Below are positions 13,162 to 25,930 of a stretch of 64,000 bases of DNA, one piece after another. The notes under the pieces are model-generated. The model had not been told where the DNA came from, searched no databases, and saw only the letters and a program-made list of their open reading frames with translations. The stretch lies in the NCBI RefSeq assembly GCF_006345805.1, contig NC_043010.1, positions 24,862,001-24,926,000 of the forward strand, given 5' to 3'. The DNA comes from Octopus sinensis (Eukaryota). The position numbers were made by a program, and so were the translations under genes. Position 1 is the stretch's first letter. Each line of letters opens with the position of its first letter.

Positions 13162-13532
13162 AGTAATAATAATCCTTGGATGGAATTTATAAATATTTTA
13201 ATGCATCACTACGTGAATTTTCCACAAATCACATGTTTCTTATGATCATGGTCCGTATTCCTGGTATGATTACATTACAGTCCGTAGTATCCAGGGACAT
13301 CGGACGGATCATGTACACGTATTTGTTTCTTCAGGCGATATGACGGATGTTTAATTGGAGGGTTGTTATCAGTTTGACCATTGAAAGGGTTGAGTGGTGT
13401 ATACCCGCATACCCTAATCAACCCTTTCATTGGTCTAATTGATAAATAATCCTCTAATTAAACATCTGTTATATCGCCTGAAGAAATTATTGCGACAACA
13501 TGATTTATCCGATGTCCATGAATAGATAAACA

Positions 13533-13782
13533 TTCTATTTGTTTCAGTCATTTGACTGCGGTCACGCTGGAGCACCGCCTTTAGTCGAGCAAATCGACCC
13601 CAGGACTTAGTCTTTGTAAGCCTAGTACTTATTCTATCGGTCTCTCTTGCCGAACCGCTAAGTGACGATGACGTAAACACACCAGCATCGGTTGTCATGT
13701 GATGTTGGGAAGGGGACAAATACAGACACACAAACACATCCATACACATACACACACACACACTCATATATATATATATATA

Positions 13783-13825
<43 letters not shown>

Positions 13826-13976
13826 ACAGGCTTCTTTCAGTTTCCGTCTACCAAATCCCCTCACAAGTCTTTGGTCAGCCCGAGACTAAAGTAGAAGACA
13901 CTTATCCAAGGTGTCACGCAGTGGGACTGAACCCGGAACCATGTGGTTGGTAAGCAAGCTACTTACCACACTGCCA
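13533..13976 (-). mobile_element. tRNA-derived SINE (family A)
   Basis: Head (G)GCxGTGTGGTAAGTAGCTTGCTTACCAACCACATGGTTCCGGGTTCAGTCCC and tail ...CAGTCAAATGACTGAAAC. Other copies at ~14878-15240(-), 24900-25070(+), 26627-27016(-), 33222-33592(+), 57882-59180(-, split), 61050-61200(+), 61345-61550(-) and 62110-62290(-). Confidence 0.9.
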
Positions 13977-14021
13977 TGTACACTATTTGTATTAAATGTA
14001 TTTAATACTTTTTTGTATTCC

Positions 14022-14089
<68 letters not shown>

Positions 14090-14092
<3 letters not shown>

Positions 14093-14720
14093 GGTGGTTG
14101 TCTACTCCTTATGCAGTTTTTGACCATCTCCTGTACCTACACTTGAGAACTATCATGGCATCTGATGTAGCTTTTTAAACCAGACAATGTTCTGAAAAGA
14201 CACCCAAATAGATTGCATATCCGATTTGAACCACCAACAGCTGAAGATAAGTTCTGATCTTCGTGGATCTTAAAATTTTTTTTGATGCTTCCGTTATATT
14301 TCCTAACCTGGCATACATTTCATTGAAAGGTGTGCACAGACATATAGGCAAAATAGATGGTAGCGGTTCGATTTCCATGGGTTTGCAAATGAGATTTGAG
14401 CCCAACAAAAGAAAAGCATGGTCTGTCACAAACTGTGCACACAAAAAGGTCATTGTGATACTCCTTCTCGATCGTTACATTCTTCTTTAAATCTCTCTTG
14501 AGTCTTGCATGCGTTATCTTGGCCTCTTCAAACGCTTTCACTCTACTCCACGCTTTTATTCGCCATCAAGCTCGATCCGAAGCAAAGATTTCTATGATCC
14601 ATTCCGAGTGACTTCATAGTAGTCATTATGCCGTCCTTAAACCTTTTTTTTAGGTTTACGCCGATAGCGTTTCCCCTCTGCAAGTTCACCATAAAACAGC
14701 TGCTTGGGCATGCATTCATC
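14090..14720 (-). mobile_element. RTE-type LINE 3' remnant
   Basis: RGNAIGVNLKKRFKD and a C-terminal finger CTVCDRPCFSFVGLKSHLQTH. Confidence 0.7.
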
Positions 14721-14740
14721 CGCCATTCGAACAATATCAC

Positions 14741-14823
<83 letters not shown>

Positions 14824-15366
14824 TTATATCAATATATATACATATATATATAAATATATATACATACATATAAATATACTCTTTTACTTGTTTCAGTCAT
14901 GTGACTGTGGCTATGCTGGAGCACCGCCTTTAGTCGATGAAATCGACCCAAGGACTTATTCTTTGTAAGCCTAGTACTTATTTTATCGGGCTTTTTTTTG
15001 CCGAACCGCTAGGTTACGGGAACATAAACACACCAGCATCGGTTGTCAAGCGATGTTGGGGGGGGGACAAACACAGACAAACACGCACACACAAACATAT
15101 ATACATATATATACGACGGGCTTCTTTCAGTTTCCGTCTACTAAATCCCCTCACAAGGCTTTGGTTAGCCCGAGGCTATAGTAGAAGACACTTACCCAAG
15201 GTGCCACGCAGCGGGACTGTACCCGAACCATGTGGTTCGTACGACTATCGTGGGTGTAAAGTTCCAAAACCCCCGCAATAGGTAAAAATCCGCGAAGTAG
15301 AAACAGTACCGTACAGAATAACTTTTTTATTATTTTTATAATCGGTATATATATATATTATTATTA

Positions 15367-15408
<42 letters not shown>

Positions 15409-15571
15409 TTTTATTATTATTATTATTATTATCATTATTATTATCATTATTATAAACGCAAAACCACAGAGGAATCGACATGAGCTTAAATAATAAACCA
15501 CGGTAGGTGAACCGCGATATGGCGAGGGATTACTGAATATATAGTTATACAGGGAAACAGATTGTACAAAA

Positions 15572-15656
<85 letters not shown>

Positions 15657-16192
15657 CGTGTGTGTGTGTGTGCATACGTGTGTTTGTATCATCCACTTCT
15701 CTCCATTTCTGTTTGTTTATACCTTTCCTTCTACCCACCTCAAGTTTCTGTTTATAGAATTTCCGTGTTTTGTTTGTTTGGAGGTGGTTACTATGGGGGT
15801 GGTTGCGTCACAATTTTGCTCTTCATGCGTTTCTTTCCTTCTTTCACACATTTTTATTTTATTCCATTTATTTTTCATTCAAAATTTATGAGTAATTTGA
15901 AAGAAAACTTTGTTTTTGCCTTTGTTATTTTTTATTAATAATGAATTAATTTTGACTATTTTTTTAATGGAATCTTTACCAAACAAATCCTAAATTTATT
16001 TTTGGTAATTATGAAATTGTAAATTATAAAAGCATAATCTATTACACAATATAACCATTTATTTTGTTTCCTTTTTTTTTGTAAATGCATTTAAACGTGG
16101 GTTTTGGGGAAGTTTACGATAATTTTTCATTTTTATTTATTTTCTTATTTTTTACACTTCATAATTTATTTAGATTTCGGATTTTCGCCAGA

Positions 16193-16321
16193 ATGAATAG
16201 AGGCTTTTTAATTTTTAAATATCTTCGCTATTTATCTTCTCTTTTAATATTGGTATCAAACACTGGATTAATTTCCAAAGCTGAGGAAAGAATGGTAACA
16301 CATATAGGTAATCTTTGCGAG
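16193..16321 (+). CDS. Putative coding exon 1 (signal peptide) of secreted AA15-LPMO-like / Cys-rich / mucin protein
   Basis: ATG at 16193 directly follows a pyrimidine-rich ...TTTTCGCCAG. Translates MNRGFLIFKYLRYLSSLLILVSNTGLISKA-EERMVTHIGNLCE (basic n-region, hydrophobic core, S-K-A cleavage-like site). Ends at a consensus donor GAG|GTGAGT in phase 0, compatible with the exon at 25106. Linkage to the downstream exons is inferred from phase only. Confidence 0.55.
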
Positions 16322-18772
16322 GTGAGTGATCCCTTCATTCTCTTTGTTTGTATCGTTTTATATCGTTGACGTCATGTCTAGAGATGTAGGTTCGCGTCCC
16401 AAGAGCAGTTTTCGCCTTTTTCTACTCCAAAAGGGTTTTTTTTTTAAACCCAATATTTACATGCTATTATTCATACCTTTATTCGTTTGTTGTTACGTTC
16501 TGAGTTCAAATTCCACCGAGATCGACTTTGCCTTTCATCCTTTCGGGGTCGATTAAATAAGTACCAGTTACGCACTGGGGTCGATGTAATTGACTTAATC
16601 CCTTCCCCCAAAATTTGAGGCCTTCTGCTTCCAGTAGAAAGGATTATTTATACCGTTATATCAAAGCAGCGAACTGGTAGAATCGTTAGCACGCTGGACG
16701 ACAAAAATACTCAGTAGCATTTACGTTCTGAGATCAAATTCCGGCGAGGAATTTCTTTTCGGGATCGAGAAATTAAGTACGTTAAACACTGGAGCCGGAA
16801 TAATGGGCTCTCTTCCTTCCCACAATGTTCAGGCCTTTTGTTCAAAATTGAAAGGATTTATAAATTTATGTGCTTCGAGATCCACTGTTCAAAAAAAAAT
16901 CAGTAAATTTTTTGTTGTCTTTCTGATGGTATAACACCACTACCACTACCCCTCTCTTCAACCAACCCCACCAGGTCTTTAGGTGCCTTCCTCTGAACAT
17001 CACCACCACCACATCCTGAAACGCTTTTGTTTTTGGTTTTTACTCCATCCCCTTCGTTACCCTAATCCTTTTAATGGAGCATAAAAATTCAGATCAGACT
17101 ACAACCAGCATCACTCATGATTGCTTTCCCTGTCCACGATATTGGAGTTCGAGATGTTCAGATTGGGAACCACCCGCCTTGTCTCATCCTTTTATAAGGG
17201 CTCAAAGGACCTGTGAAGAATCTTTACAAGGATTTAGGCAGCGGAAATACTGAAGTGTGAACCTAGTGTCACCTTGTGATTACAGTTTGAAAAGCCCATA
17301 ATTCCGGAACTACTCCAACTAGGAAGCGGAAATTTCAAATACACTATTTCTGCATTGCATTGAGTCAGCACACCAAGTATGGTAAAAACTTGAGTAGGCA
17401 TTATGAACCCCCATCACCACTAGAATTTGCAAGATTTGCATCAAAAGTGGTGATTAATTTCTTAAGTTGGGGGTGACATATTTTTCAAATAAAGCAAAAT
17501 AAATATTATGTTGTGACTGGGTATCCAAAAACGAAACAAAATAAATATTAGTTTCCTGATTTTTATAAAGTTATTCATTGAATTATAATATAGGTTATTC
17601 ATTGAATTATAATATAGGTTATTAAAAAAGTCATAATCCTAGTGAAGATAATCCTCTTTCAGCTTTCTCTTGATTAATTTATGAAAAACAAAACAAGAAA
17701 ATCTGGAATAAATTTTTTTAATACGTGAAGCGAAAATACAATTGATGTAATTGTACCAGAGCTACAAGAGTGGAATTTTAGAGTAAGAGACTAGTCGATT
17801 GCATCGATCTCACTGCTTGGCTGGTACTTATTTTATCGATTCCGAAAAGAGGAAAAGCGAGGTCAATCTCGGCGGAATTTGAACTCAGAACGAAATGCCA
17901 CGAAGCAATTTTTTTCAGCGTGCTATCGATTCTGCTAGCTTGCCGACTTTACAGTTAAAAGTAATGTTTAATTTAATTACAATAATCTTTTCTACTCTAG
18001 GCACAAGGCTCGAAATTTTGGGGGAGGGGCCAGTCGAGTAGACCCCAGTACGCAATTGGTGCTTAATTATCAACCCCGAAAGGATGAAAGGTAAAGTCGA
18101 CCTTAATGGGATTTGAACTCAGAACGTAAAGACAGACGAAACACCGCTAAGCATTTCGCCCGGCGTGCTAACGATTCTGCCAGGTCCCCGCCCAACATTT
18201 ACAACTGAAATTGAAATACTGCTTTCAATTTTATTCTGAGTTCAAATCCCGCCGATATCGATTTTATTTTTTTCATTTTATCTTTATTTGGTTGGGGGGA
18301 AGAAACAGCAGGCATAGCCTTTGCAGGGTTTTGAACCTTTTTTCACTTTTTTTTTTTTAATGTGCACCCATGCTAAAAGACGTGTATAGAGAAGAAATTC
18401 CAAATGTTTCGATGTTCTGGGAAAAAACAACTGAGCTCTGGGGATGTTGAGTGCAACAAGGTGGGGTGAGAAAAGGAGAGAAGGACGTGTGGGAAATGTC
18501 TAAGTGGAAGTTGTATGAACACAACCAAATATGAGGAGCAGAAGGCATTATTCTGGCTGTAAGAGTCGTTAGACGGGAATGTTTTACGGTATTTCTTCCG
18601 GTTATTTCTATTCTGAGTTCAAATTCTGCTGAGATCAAATTGGCCGTTCATTCTTCCTGAATCGATAAAATAAAGAGCCAGTCATTTACTGGGGTCTAAA
18701 ATATTGCTGGCATTGTGCCAACATCTGAAACTATCATTGGCTTGCACCTTCCCTCACCTTTAGTAGAAAAAG

Positions 18773-18824
<52 letters not shown>

Positions 18825-19071
18825 TCAGGTGGCGAGCTGGCAGAAACGTTAGCGGTATTTCATCCGTCTTTACGTTCTGAGTTCATATTCCGCCAAGGTC
18901 GACTTTGTCTTTCATCTTCTCGGGGTCGATGAAAAGAGTACCAGTCAAGCATTGGGGTCGATGTAATCCACTAGTGTCCTTCCCCACAAATGTTTCAAAG
19001 CCTTGTGTCTAGGGTAGAAGTTATTATTATTATTATTATTATTATTATATTATTATTATTATTATTATTAT

Positions 19072-22000
19072 TCAGTAGTTTTATTTTTATAGCGTGCTTT
19101 CACTTCACTACCGAGCGCAGCTCTGTGTGCCTTGGGTATGTGCTGTGATTTGTTGTGATGCTCTGATGGTTATTGTATGGAAAGTGTTCTGCGTAGGATG
19201 TGTGCAGTGCCTAGTAGTGCAATTTTCTGTATGTTATATGTGTTTGTAAGTCCTGGTGTTTTTGTTATGTATTTGTCTGAATATTTTTTTATCATGCCTA
19301 ATGCACCTACTATGATAGGAATTGTTTGTTTTCAGGTTCCACATTCTAGTTACCTCTATTTCCAGGTCTTTGTATTTTGAGAGTTTCTCCATTTCTTTTA
19401 GAGACACGTTGTCATCTGCCGGTATTGATACATCAATTAGAAAGCATTTTTTTTCTTCATGATCTCTGACAACTATATCTGGTCTGTTGGCCTTAATTTC
19501 TCTATCTGTGTGTATCGGCATTTCCCAGAGTGTGGTTGCTTTCTCGTTTTCTGTGACCTTTTCTGGTGTGTGCCTATACCATCTTTTTTCTGTTGTTATT
19601 CCATAATGTTGGCATAGCTTCCAATGTATGTAGGTTCCAACTCTGTCATGTCTGTGAATATATTCCTTCTTAGCCAGGACTGGGCAGCTAGAGATAATAT
19701 GATTTATTGTTTCTTGTCCATCTCCACATATTCTGCAGTTACTTGTAATATTTCTTTTCATTACATGTTTTTGGTAATTTCTGGTGGGGAGGCTTTGGTC
19801 TTGTGCTGCAATTAAAAATCCCTCTGTTTCTGCTTTGAGTCCTGAGCTTCTCAACCATTGCTGGGATTTTTCTTTGTCTATTTCTTTTGCGTTTAGTTTA
19901 GTGCAGTATTTACCATGAAGGGGCTTTTCTTGCCATCGTTTTATCATGGCTCGTTGCTGTTCTATTTTTAGTTTGGATTTCATTTGTTTTATAGCTTTTG
20001 TTGTTTCTTCATCATCTTCTTTGTGTTTATTAGGTGGTATGATTTCTTGTTTGTATTTGTCAGCTTCCTTAAATACTGAGAACAGTTTTTTGTTTTGCTC
20101 GTGTTTTGCTGCTATCTGGATCAGTTTTCCTTCCTTCTGAAGTAGGTATTTTTGCAGTCCTATGGTGGTTATTTTATAGTAGTTTTCCAGCTGTATAAGG
20201 CCTCTACCACCTTCTATACGTTGTATATATAGTCTTTCTATGTCAGATTTTGGGTGATGCATCCTAGATCCTGTCATTATTTTTTTGTTTTCCTATCTAT
20301 TTTGGACAGTTCATTTCGTGTCCAGTTAAGGATATTGTAGCTGTAACTTATAACTGGGACAGCTAAAGTGTTGATACCTATTATCTTGTTTTTAGCATTG
20401 AGCTCTGTGTTTAGTATTGATCTAACTCGTCTATAATATTCTTTTTTTATTTTCTCTTTCATTTGTGTGTGTTGTGTCTTATCTAGTTCATGGATTCCTA
20501 AGTATTTGTAAGTTTGGCTTTGGTCTAATTCTTTTATTTCATTGGTTTTATCTAGTTTTCTTAACTAGTTTTCCTCTTTTCATGGTTACTTTGGCGCATT
20601 TTTCTAATCCAAATTTCATATCTATTTCTTTGGTAAATCCATGAACTGTCTTTAATAGTGTTTCCAGCTGTTTGTCATTTGCAGCGTATAGTTTTAGATC
20701 ATCCATATATAAAAGGTGGCTGATCGTTTTGCCGTAACATTTATATCCGCATCCAGTTCTATTTAGCATATCAGATAGAGGTGACAGTGCCAAGCAGAAA
20801 AGGAGTGGAGAGAGCGTGTCTCCCTGGAATATTCCTCTTCTAATGGGGATGTCTTTGGTTTTCATGAGTCCCTCTTTTGTTTGGAGGTGTAGGACTGTTT
20901 GCCATTTATTCATAGAGTGCTCTATGAATTTTATGATTGTTGGTGCTACTTTGTTAATGGCTAGTGTTTCGAGGATCCATGTGTGGGGGATGCTATCAAA
21001 CGCCTTTTTGTAGTCAATCCAGGCCATACTGAGGCCTTTCTTCTTTCTGTGGCTGTCTTCAGTTACGGCTTTATTAATCATTAGTTGATCTTTACAGCCA
21101 TATGAGCCTTTGCGGCATCCTTTCTGCTCTTCTGGGAACAGTTTGTTTTCGTCCAGGTGCTTGTTCAGCCTTTGCGATATCACTGCAGTAAATGCCTTGA
21201 ACATAGTACGGAGGCAGGTTATTGGTCTGTAGTTTTCTGGTTTTGTTGTTTCATTTGATTTGGGAATAAGATGGTTTTCCCCTTCGTGAGCCATTCAGGC
21301 ATTGTCTTGGCTCTGCTAGTATGCTGTTAAAGTTTTCAGCCAGCTTTTTGTGCATTCTGTTAGATATTTCAACCAGAAGTTGGGGATCTTGTCATGCCCA
21401 GGTGCCTTCCAGTTGCTTAGTTTTTGCAGTGCCTGGGTGACCTCTTCAGTTGTTATGGGGGTCCAAAGTTGTTCAGATGCCGAGTTTGTTATTTTGATAC
21501 TCCTTTTTTTTGGTTGTTCGTTCGCCGACCATATTTCTCTGCAGAATTCTTCCAATTCTTCTGCCGTTGGTGCTGCAGTGACTTCTATTTTATTTTTGCC
21601 CAGTTCTTGGTAGAACTTTTTGGGGTCGGAGTTGAACTTTTTGTTCTGTTCAAAGAAGCGTTGGCGTTTCTCGTACCGGCGGATCCTTTGAGCTTTGGCA
21701 AGGATATCTTGCTTCAGCTTTTCTTTTATCTCCGGCAAATCTTTTTCTGTGATGTTATATTTGCGGAGCATTTTTGTTCTCTTTTTGTTGCTCAGTAGCG
21801 TTGCTTGTTTGCTGATTTCATTAAGAATCGACAGGTCTTTTCTAATTTTTAAAATTTGTTTTGGATGTTATTTATCCACAGGGTTTGTTTGGGTGGTGGT
21901 ACTCCTGTTTGGGCGGGTTTGGGTGAGTATCCAGCTTCTTTGTGGCTGCAGTGGCTGCTGCGTATATCAAGTCATTTAGTTCAGTGATATCACTTTTTTT

Positions 22001-22224
22001 TGTTTCAGTGGCTAGTTCAGTGACGGCTAGGTTTATGTTGTTTATAATTGGTGTTGTTATTGCGTTTATTTTTATTCTTGGGAGGTATGGTCGGTGGTCC
22101 ATTTTGGGCTCTGTGGTTTTAAGTTCTTTGATTATTTTATTTTTTATATTATCATAATCATTAGGCTCCCCTTCGTTGTTTACATCGTGTTTGTTGGGAA
22201 TGTTGCGTTTGTCTTCGTGTTTTT
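19072..22224 (-). mobile_element. R4/Dong-clade RLE LINE, 5'-truncated, frameshifted
   Basis: RT (YRPITCL, DYKKAFDS, QGDTLSP, YMDD), CCHC finger CRICG..ETINHIISSC, RHD..G..IHW, RLE RPDIVV...DVSIP...K..KY. Flanked by (TAA)n at both ends. Confidence 0.93.
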
Positions 22225-22285
22225 TTTATTATTATTATTATTATAATTATTATTATTATCATCATCATCATCATCATCATTTTTA

Positions 22286-22346
<61 letters not shown>

Positions 22347-22347
22347 G

Positions 22348-22792
22348 AAGGCAGTGAGCTGGCAGAATCGTTAGCACGCCGGATAAAATGTTTAGTGGTA
22401 TTTCGCCCGTCGCTACGTTCTGAATTCAAATTCCGCCGAGGTCGACTTAGTCTTTCATCATTTCGGGGTCGATGAAATAAGTACCAGTTTAACACTGGGG
22501 TCAATGTAATGGACACATCCCGTCCGGCAAAATGGCTGTCCTTGTGGAAAAAATTGAAACCATTATTATTTTTAAGAAGGCTGCGAGCTGGCGGAAACGT
22601 TAGCACGCCGGGCGAAATGCTTACCGGTATTTCGCCCGCCTTTACGTTCTGAGTTCAAATTCCGCCGCGGTCGACTCTACCTTTCATCCTTTCGGGGTTA
22701 ATAGATTAAGTACCAGTTGAATACTAAGGCCGATGTAATCGATTAGTCCCCCTCCCCACAATGTTCAGGCGTTGTTGCCAATAGTAGAAAGG

Positions 22793-22797
<5 letters not shown>
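22348..22797 (+). mobile_element. Two tandem tRNA-derived SINEs (family B)
   Basis: GGCAGTGAGCTGGCAGAATCGTTAGC...GAGTTCAAATTCCGCCGAGGTCGAC...GGGGTCGATGTAAT. Further copies at ~16490-16860, 17755-18190, 18825-19020, 32260-33170, 46310-46485 and 56280-56345. Confidence 0.9.
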
Positions 22798-22841
<44 letters not shown>

Positions 22842-22999
22842 TATTATTATTGTTATTATTATCATCATTTTTATTATTATTCATGATGCGCACGAATGTT
22901 TTCTATTTGGAATGAATATCCTTGATACCGGATCACAATCAGTTTCCTTAGATATCGAGGACCTTTGCTTCAATCCTTGCAGATTTCTGAATTAATGCA

Positions 23000-23700
23000 A
23001 CTCTCGTAGTAACTCCAGTCTCAATGAGGGAACTGTTAAGTCTGTTCGTGAAAGTACTCCAGGGTACCTACAACAACTGGGATTACTTTTGTAGAAACCC
23101 TCCTCAGTATTCATATTCCCGTAACCAAGTCCTAGTATTCTCGTATTTTCACCTCTTCTTTGACTGCTACATTCATGTCCGTTTTTATAGCCACATCTAT
23201 GATGATGCACAACCCTTATATTCGTGATCAGTTTGCATATTAAAATCCCATAAAACCTTATTCTAGTTATCCTCGATTACGCTTTCTTTTTGATGTTTGT
23301 ACCGTATTCTTCCCATTTTAAATCCTCTTTACCGTAACATGCCCCAGTATTGTGCCTTGTCTACACAGTCATGTCTGCGTCTATATTTCTTCTATGCCAA
23401 AGGATACAGGAAATTGTCATAGGCATAACGGATTCTTCTTTCTCATTATATACTCTGCACCTTGCACTTTTCACAGATTTTTGCCTTAATTAATTGTCGG
23501 CAATGACTGGTTTTGAGTAGCCATTATGGGTCCATCCCTTTTCTTTCTTAAGGTCTCTATTCTTCGGCTATAATCAAATATCGTCTGCTGCCATGTCCTA
23601 CGTTTGTCCGAGATGCTGAATGCGTAGTTCTTTTCACCAGATGCTTCACTCCTGTTTTCTTCTTGTTGCCATCTCCACAGTTTCTTTAATCATTCTTTTA
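23000..23700 (-). mobile_element. Degenerate RLE LINE remnant
   Basis: The minus strand gives RRHDCVDKAQYW, KVLWDFNMQTDH and CIIIDVAI-like motifs. Confidence 0.6.
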
Positions 23701-24447
23701 TTCATCAAATCATCCAAACATGTAGATTTTTGAAAATCTAAGGTTATCATGAATTCTTTGAAGTTTCGAAAATTGTACTTTCACAACTTACAGGTAAGTT
23801 AGCCACGGTGAGATTTGAACTCTGCACATAAAGAGCTGAAACAAATACTGCAAGGCATCCACCGATGTTTTAACGATTCTAACAATCCAGCGCTTCAAAT
23901 TTAACTCTTTTGGGTCCGTGAGTACAATTCAGCAGGTGTGATTTCGTTTGACAATATCTCAGGGTGAAGCAAAAGCGGGTAGCTACTTGGTTTTGTATTT
24001 ACGGCTTACGAATTGGCTGAAATATCGCCATTTTCATTTTGCTTTATTTTTGCTTCACCCTGAGGTATAATCAAACGAAATCGCGCCTGCTAAATTGTAC
24101 TCACGGATCCAAAAGGTTAAATCTAAAACGCTGGGTTGTTACAATGGTTGAAGCATCGGTGAATATCTTGCTGTATTTGTTCCAGCTCTTTATGTGCATA
24201 GTTCAAATCTCACCGTGGCTACCTTACCTGTAAGTCGTGAAAGTACAATTTACAGAATTTCAAAGAATTTTCTAGATTCATGATAACCTTTGATTTTCAA
24301 AAATCTACATGTTTGGATGATTTGATAAATAAAAGAATGATTAAAGAAGCTTCGGAGATGGCAACAAGAAAAGAAGAAAATAGGAGCGAGAAAGAACTAC
24401 ACATTCAGCATCTCAGACAAACGAAGGACGTCGCAGCAGACGATGTT
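23581..24447. repeat. ~870-bp imperfect palindrome centred on a TTAA-bounded MITE
   Basis: Arms 23581-~23977 and ~24048-24447 are reverse complements. The inner TTAACTCTTTTGG...CCAAAAGGTTAA unit spans ~23900-24121. Confidence 0.92.
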
Positions 24448-24451
24448 TGGC

Positions 24452-25509
24452 GCCCATGGGCGCCAACAAAAAATTCCATAAAAAGATTTATAAAAGTACT
24501 TTGTGATTTTGATGTGACTGGTTAAACAACGATAAAGCAATATGCGCCACTGTAACTTCATTTATTTTCGATTTTCTGGCTTTTATTTTGTTTTGTTTCG
24601 TTTTTGTTTGGTTATAGCTACCTTAAGAAAGTAGCTACCCGCCTGCTTCTGTATCTTCCAGACGTTTAATCAAATAAAATCGCGCCCGCTAAATCGTATT
24701 CACATGTTGAAAGGGTTAAGTATTAACCTTTTCAACATTCTGTAATCAGAATACTTATTTATTGTCTTTCTTTTCAACTAATCATACTTCATCGTGTAGC
24801 TTCGTGGTTTCGATGTTATGATAGTATATTTTTTAAAAGACATTGTTGGGTAGGTGTGAGAGGCCGGATCTGGCTGGTTTGAACATAAAACTGACAACTA
24901 GTATCGGTATGTTTTTGATCCCCATAACTTAGCAGTTCGGCAAAAGACAACGATGGAATAAGAGTACTAAGCTTTAAAGAAATAAGCAGCGGGGCGCGAT
25001 CCGTTCGACTGAAACCGGTGCTCCAGCATGGCTGCAGTCAAATGACTGAAACCCGCTAAAGACAAGAGGTTATTTCAGAACGATTTTATTTTGCTTCTGT
25101 TTCAGGTGTTCTCCACTCAAACTATTATTACACGTAATGTGACAGTTGTATATTCGGTGACTTCAAGAACACTCACATCGTCCTTCCCAGTAAAAGATAT
25201 TTATCGCTCGACTTTGAAACTTTATGTATGTCCAAGAAAAGACAACCGGACACGAGCAACGCATGCGTGCTTCTTTCAAAATCCACTAAAAGACACAGAA
25301 CTTACCTCAACCAGATCGTTTTTAGTAGCAATTTCAAAATTACCAGTAAGACTGCATTGTACTCACTGCGTACTCCAATGGATTCTGAAGAGAGGTAAGT
25401 AATGTGTTCCGATTTACATCTTATTGCGTGTCCGTTGAACATTGAAAAGATATATGGGAGAGAGAGAAAGTGAGAGAGAAAGTGAGAGAGAAAGAGAGAG
25501 AGAGAGAGA

Positions 25510-25566
<57 letters not shown>

Positions 25567-25930
25567 TATCATATATTCATTATATATATGCAAATGTTTT
25601 TAACAAAAAAGTTTTACTACCTAGAATGTCTACACAAGCAGACTCGCATACACATAGGCAGACCCCCCCCACACACACACACACATATATATACCTACGC
25701 TTACACTCACTCGCCCAAACGTGATCTTATCAAGTCTATAGAGGCGCCCGGTTTAGGACTATATGAGGTTGCCCATGGGCGCCAACAAAAAATTCCATAA
25801 AGAGATTTATAAAAGTACTTTGTGATTTTGATGTGACTGGTTAAACAACGATAAAGCAATATGCGCCACTGTAACTTCATTTATTTTCGATTTTCTGGCT
25901 TTTATTTTGTTTTGTTTCGTTTTTGTTTGA
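24452..25930 (+). repeat. ~155-bp near-identical direct repeat pair (24452-24610 and 25772-25930)
   Basis: GCCCATGGGCGCCAACAAAAAATTCC...TTTTGTTTCGTTTTTGTTTG occurs twice with very few differences. Confidence 0.92.
25106..25394 (+). CDS. Internal coding exon: core of AA15-type LPMO-like (chitin-binding type-4 fold) domain
   Basis: Acceptor TTGCTTCTGTTTCAG| (phase 0) and donor AGAG|GTAAGT (phase 1). Open frame VFSTQTIITRNVT...DIYRSTLKLYVCPRKD...ATHACFFQNPLKD...KLPVRLHCTHCVLQWILKR. This matches the AA15 motifs xFxLCP, TQxCxxxxxL and LPxxLxCxxCVLQW as I recall them. Confidence 0.8.

Noticed and set aside
16900-17470. Possible host exon
   Set aside because: The minus strand gives a decayed APE-like motif (VVMGVHNAYS), so it is more likely an old LINE fragment. 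It is too degraded to call as a feature.
18360-18470. Peptide PNVSMFWEKTTELWGC faintly like the AA15 N-terminal SMWR...ELxCG
   Set aside because: It has no convincing splice sites, is followed immediately by a stop, and neighbouring sequence looks like decayed LINE.
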